This document shows, in pieces, positions 61,288 to 64,000 of a stretch of DNA of 64,000 nt. The translations under genes and the position numbers were made by a program. The DNA comes from an uncultured Verrucomicrobiae bacterium (GTDB taxonomy: Bacteria > Verrucomicrobiota > Verrucomicrobiia > Palsa-1439), in the NCBI GenBank assembly GCA_963812605.1, contig CAWEWF010000005.1, positions 224,001-288,000 on the forward strand. The letters run 5' to 3'. Below the pieces are notes generated by a model that saw only the letters and a program-made list of their open reading frames with translations, did no database searches and was not told where the DNA came from. How positions within the stretch are numbered: the stretch's first letter is position 1; each line of letters starts with the position of its first letter.

Positions 61288-62878
61288 ATGTCCCGCCTCA
61301 CGAAACCTCCACCAAACAAAGCACGGTCCCGGCTGTGCGATTCCTGAAAAGATCGTCATCCTCGACTTTGGGTCCCAGTACACGCAGGTAATCGCGCGCC
61401 GAATTCGCGAGTGCCAGGTATTCTCGCAAATCCTGCGCTTTGACACATCGGCCGCGAAACTCCGCGCGCTAAAACCTCGTGGACTAATCCTGAGCGGTGG
61501 TCCGGCCAGCGTCTATGGCAAGGCCGCGCCGCATGGCGACCCGGCGATTTGGAACCTGGGGATTCCCGTTCTGGGCATCTGCTATGGGATGCAGTTGATG
61601 GCCCACCAACTGGGTGGGCGCGTCGAGAGGGGTGATAAACGTGAATACGGCCACGCGGAAGTGGAGATCACGGGCGATTCACCGTTGTTTGCCAAAATGG
61701 ATTCCCGCCAAAAGGTTTGGATGAGTCATGGCGACAAGATGACAAAAGTGCCGGACGGCTTCCGTTCCGTCGCGCACAGCCAGAATTCGCCATATGCCGC
61801 CATCGCCAATTCGCAGCGCCGACTCTTCGGTATACAATTTCATCCCGAAGTTCATCACACGCCCAATGGGAAGCAGATTATTTCGAACTTTGTGCATGGT
61901 CTTTGCGGGTGCGGCCGCAACTGGACCATGAAGTCGTTTATCGACCACGCGATTGGGGAGATTCGCGAAACAGTAGGTAATGACCGGGTGATTCTCGGGT
62001 TGTCGGGTGGCGTGGACTCCAGCGTGGCGGCGGCCCTGATTCACAAAGCCATCGGCGACCAACTTGCCTGTGTGTTCGTCAACAACGGTCTGCTGCGCAA
62101 ATCGGAAGCGGAAGGAGTGCAGCAGGTCTTCGGCAGGAACCTGCGCATGAAGTTGCATTATGCGGACGCGACGGGTGTGTTCTTGCGCAAATTACGCGGC
62201 GTGACCGACCCGGAACGCAAACGCAAGATCATCGGTCGAGCCTTTGTAGAGGTGTTTCAGAAGGCGACAAAGAAAGCCGGGGCGGCGCGCTTTCTCGCCC
62301 AGGGCACGACGTATCCCGATGTGATCGAGAGCGTTTCCATCGCCGGCAATCCCGCCGCGATGATCAAATCGCACCACAATGTCGGCGGCTTGCCGAAGAA
62401 CATGAAATTTGAACTGCTCGAACCGCTGCGCGCGCTCTTCAAGGACGAAGTGCGCGAAGTTGGAGCGCAACTGGGGTTGCCGCGCGAGATTGTCTGGCGT
62501 CAACCATTTCCCGGACCGGGTTTGGCCGTACGCATCCTCGGGGCGGTGAGCCCGGAGCGTTTGCGGATCCTGCGGGAAGCCGACTGGGTCGTCATCGACG
62601 AGATGAAAAAGGCGGACCTGTACTACAAAGTCTGGCAGACATTTGCGGTACTGCTGCCCGTGAAAACCGTCGGCGTGATGGGCGACGAGCGCACCTATGA
62701 TAACGTCGTCGCAATCCGCGCGGTGGAAAGCGTGGATGGGATGACCGCGGATTGGGTACGGCTGCCGTATGACCTGCTGGCGCGGCTTTCCACGCGCATC
62801 ATCAACGAAGTCAAAGGCGTCAACCGCGTCTGTCTCGACATCTCCAGCAAACCACCCAGCACGATTGAGTGGGAGTAG
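61288..62878 (+). CDS. guaA: GMP synthase (glutamine-hydrolysing); 5' end frameshifted
   Basis: [12 protein letters not shown] (in frame from 61340), [29 protein letters not shown] and KPPSTIEWE. Confidence 0.95.
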
Positions 62879-62954
62879 ATCAGGGGGTGAGAGCTGGGGC
62901 TAGTTGACGATTTGCTTTTGTCGCGGCGTTTAGTAACATGCCGTCTCAATTCGC

Positions 62955-64000
62955 ATGAAGACCCTGCGTTACGACCAGCCGGATTTCGACCGCGCCGTTG
63001 CCGAGGCGTGTGCGACGTCGAGTCTCTTTGACCCGCAAATCGAAGAGCGCGTGCGCGCTATTATCGATGACGTGCGCGCCCGTGGCGACGAGGCATTGGT
63101 GGATTTGACGGAGCGCTTTGATCAGGCACGGCTTACGTCGTCCGAGTTTCGCATCAGGGGTAAACCCTTCAAAACCCGGGCCGAAACTCATGCGTGCGCT
63201 TGCCGCGACACACAAGAACGTCGCGGCCTTCGCCAAACGGTCGTTACGCAAGGACTGGTCGATGCGCAACTCACAGGGTGGGCGTGTCGGTGAAAAGTTT
63301 GACCCGCTGCGGCGCGTGGGCATTTATGTGCCGGGCGGCACGGCGCCACTGGTATCGACCGTTTTGATGACCGCGACACTGGCGAAGGTGGCGGGCTGCC
63401 CGGAGATTGTCGTCTGTTCGCCGCCGCCGATCGATCCTGCGTTGCTATATGCAGCCCATCTCGCGGGTGCGACAGAGGTTTATCAACTGGGAGGGGCACA
63501 GGCCATCGCCGCGATGGCGCTCGGGACGCAATCCATCAAACCCGTCGTTAAGATTTTTGGTCCGGGGAATGCCTACGTCACCACCGCGAAGAAACTCCTC
63601 TTTGGACACGTAGGCATTGATTTGCTTTCGGGGCCAAGTGAATTGCTCGTGGTCGCGGACAACACGGCTGAGCCCGCCTTCATCGCGGCCGACCTGCTCG
63701 CACAAGCGGAGCACGGCAGCGGTTATGAACGGGTCTGGCTCGTGACGACGTCCGAAAAGGTGTTGGCGGCGACGCAAGCGGAGATTCAGAAGCAGATCGG
63801 CGGACTGGAGCGAAGCGAGTTTGTGCGTCGTGCGCTGGAGAACGGCGGGGTTTGCGTTTTGGTAAAGGATATGGCGCAGGCCGTCGCGATTACAAACCAG
63901 TTTGCCCCCGAGCACTGCGAGTTGATGGTGAAGAATGCTCCGAAGGTGTTGCGGTCAATCAAAACGGCGGGCGCCATTTTCCTCGGTCCTGGACGCCGAC
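62955..64000 (+). CDS. hisD: Histidinol dehydrogenase (frameshift ~63160-63190; runs off the window)
   Basis: VRARGDEAL, VGIYVPGG, GGAQAIAAMA, GPGNAYV, GPSE, DLLAQAEHG and APEH. Confidence 0.92.

Noticed and set aside
62860-62955. guaA 3' end as an island integration hotspot
   Set aside because: hisD follows within 80 bp, with no integrase or duplicated guaA end.
1679-64000. Many frameshifts (GH2, GH16, crotonase, CE8-like, HEPN, TMTC-like, guaB, guaA, hisD) as pseudogenes or programmed frameshifting
   Set aside because: They are single-base indels spread evenly, including in housekeeping genes, with no shared slippery motif. Uncorrected long-read error is the simpler explanation.
1-64000. 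tRNA, rRNA or tmRNA genes
   Set aside because: None recognised by eye. tRNAscan-SE or Infernal would be needed to exclude them formally.

Overview
This 64 kb GC-rich bacterial window is most likely Verrucomicrobiota, inferred from a PEP-CTERM protein, Thr/Asn-rich secreted proteins ending in R(F/Y)YR(I/V), and the style of an attC-like site. Single-base frameshifts are frequent and also hit housekeeping genes (guaB, guaA, hisD), so they are read as long-read errors. Left to right: (1) a solitary integron-type cassette with an attI-like and a truncated attC site; (2) a LacI-regulated glycan locus (PEP-CTERM protein, GH16, two paralogous GH2) with shuffled C-terminal modules; (3) an unannotated Flp pilin, a HYR protein and an AraC/LysR redox-hydrolase cluster, bracketed by two paralogous XRE genes; (4) a T5SS/PEP-CTERM-repeat protein, a pectinesterase-like protein and a cupin; (5) a HEPN plus BolA-like gene pair and a PadR plus membrane-protein pair; (6) GH55, MFS, OYE, acs, an ABC exporter, a DUF433/DUF5615 toxin-antitoxin pair, a TMTC-like TPR protein and IS3/IS256 relics; (7) a sigma54-type promoter ahead of a stand-alone DHp, a sensor-less hybrid kinase and a response regulator; (8) uvrA, TPR-exbB-exbD-tonB-like, guaB, guaA and partial hisD. 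The most notable signals are two families of ~125-bp MITEs whose IS-type ends enclose a GTAG REP doublet (one copy splits a toxin gene), two core genes followed by cargo and then a diverged copy of their own 3' end, a candidate HEPN/BolA-like TA system, and a shared C-terminal sorting-like domain on four secreted proteins. Family assignments come from motif recognition by eye; no database searches were run.
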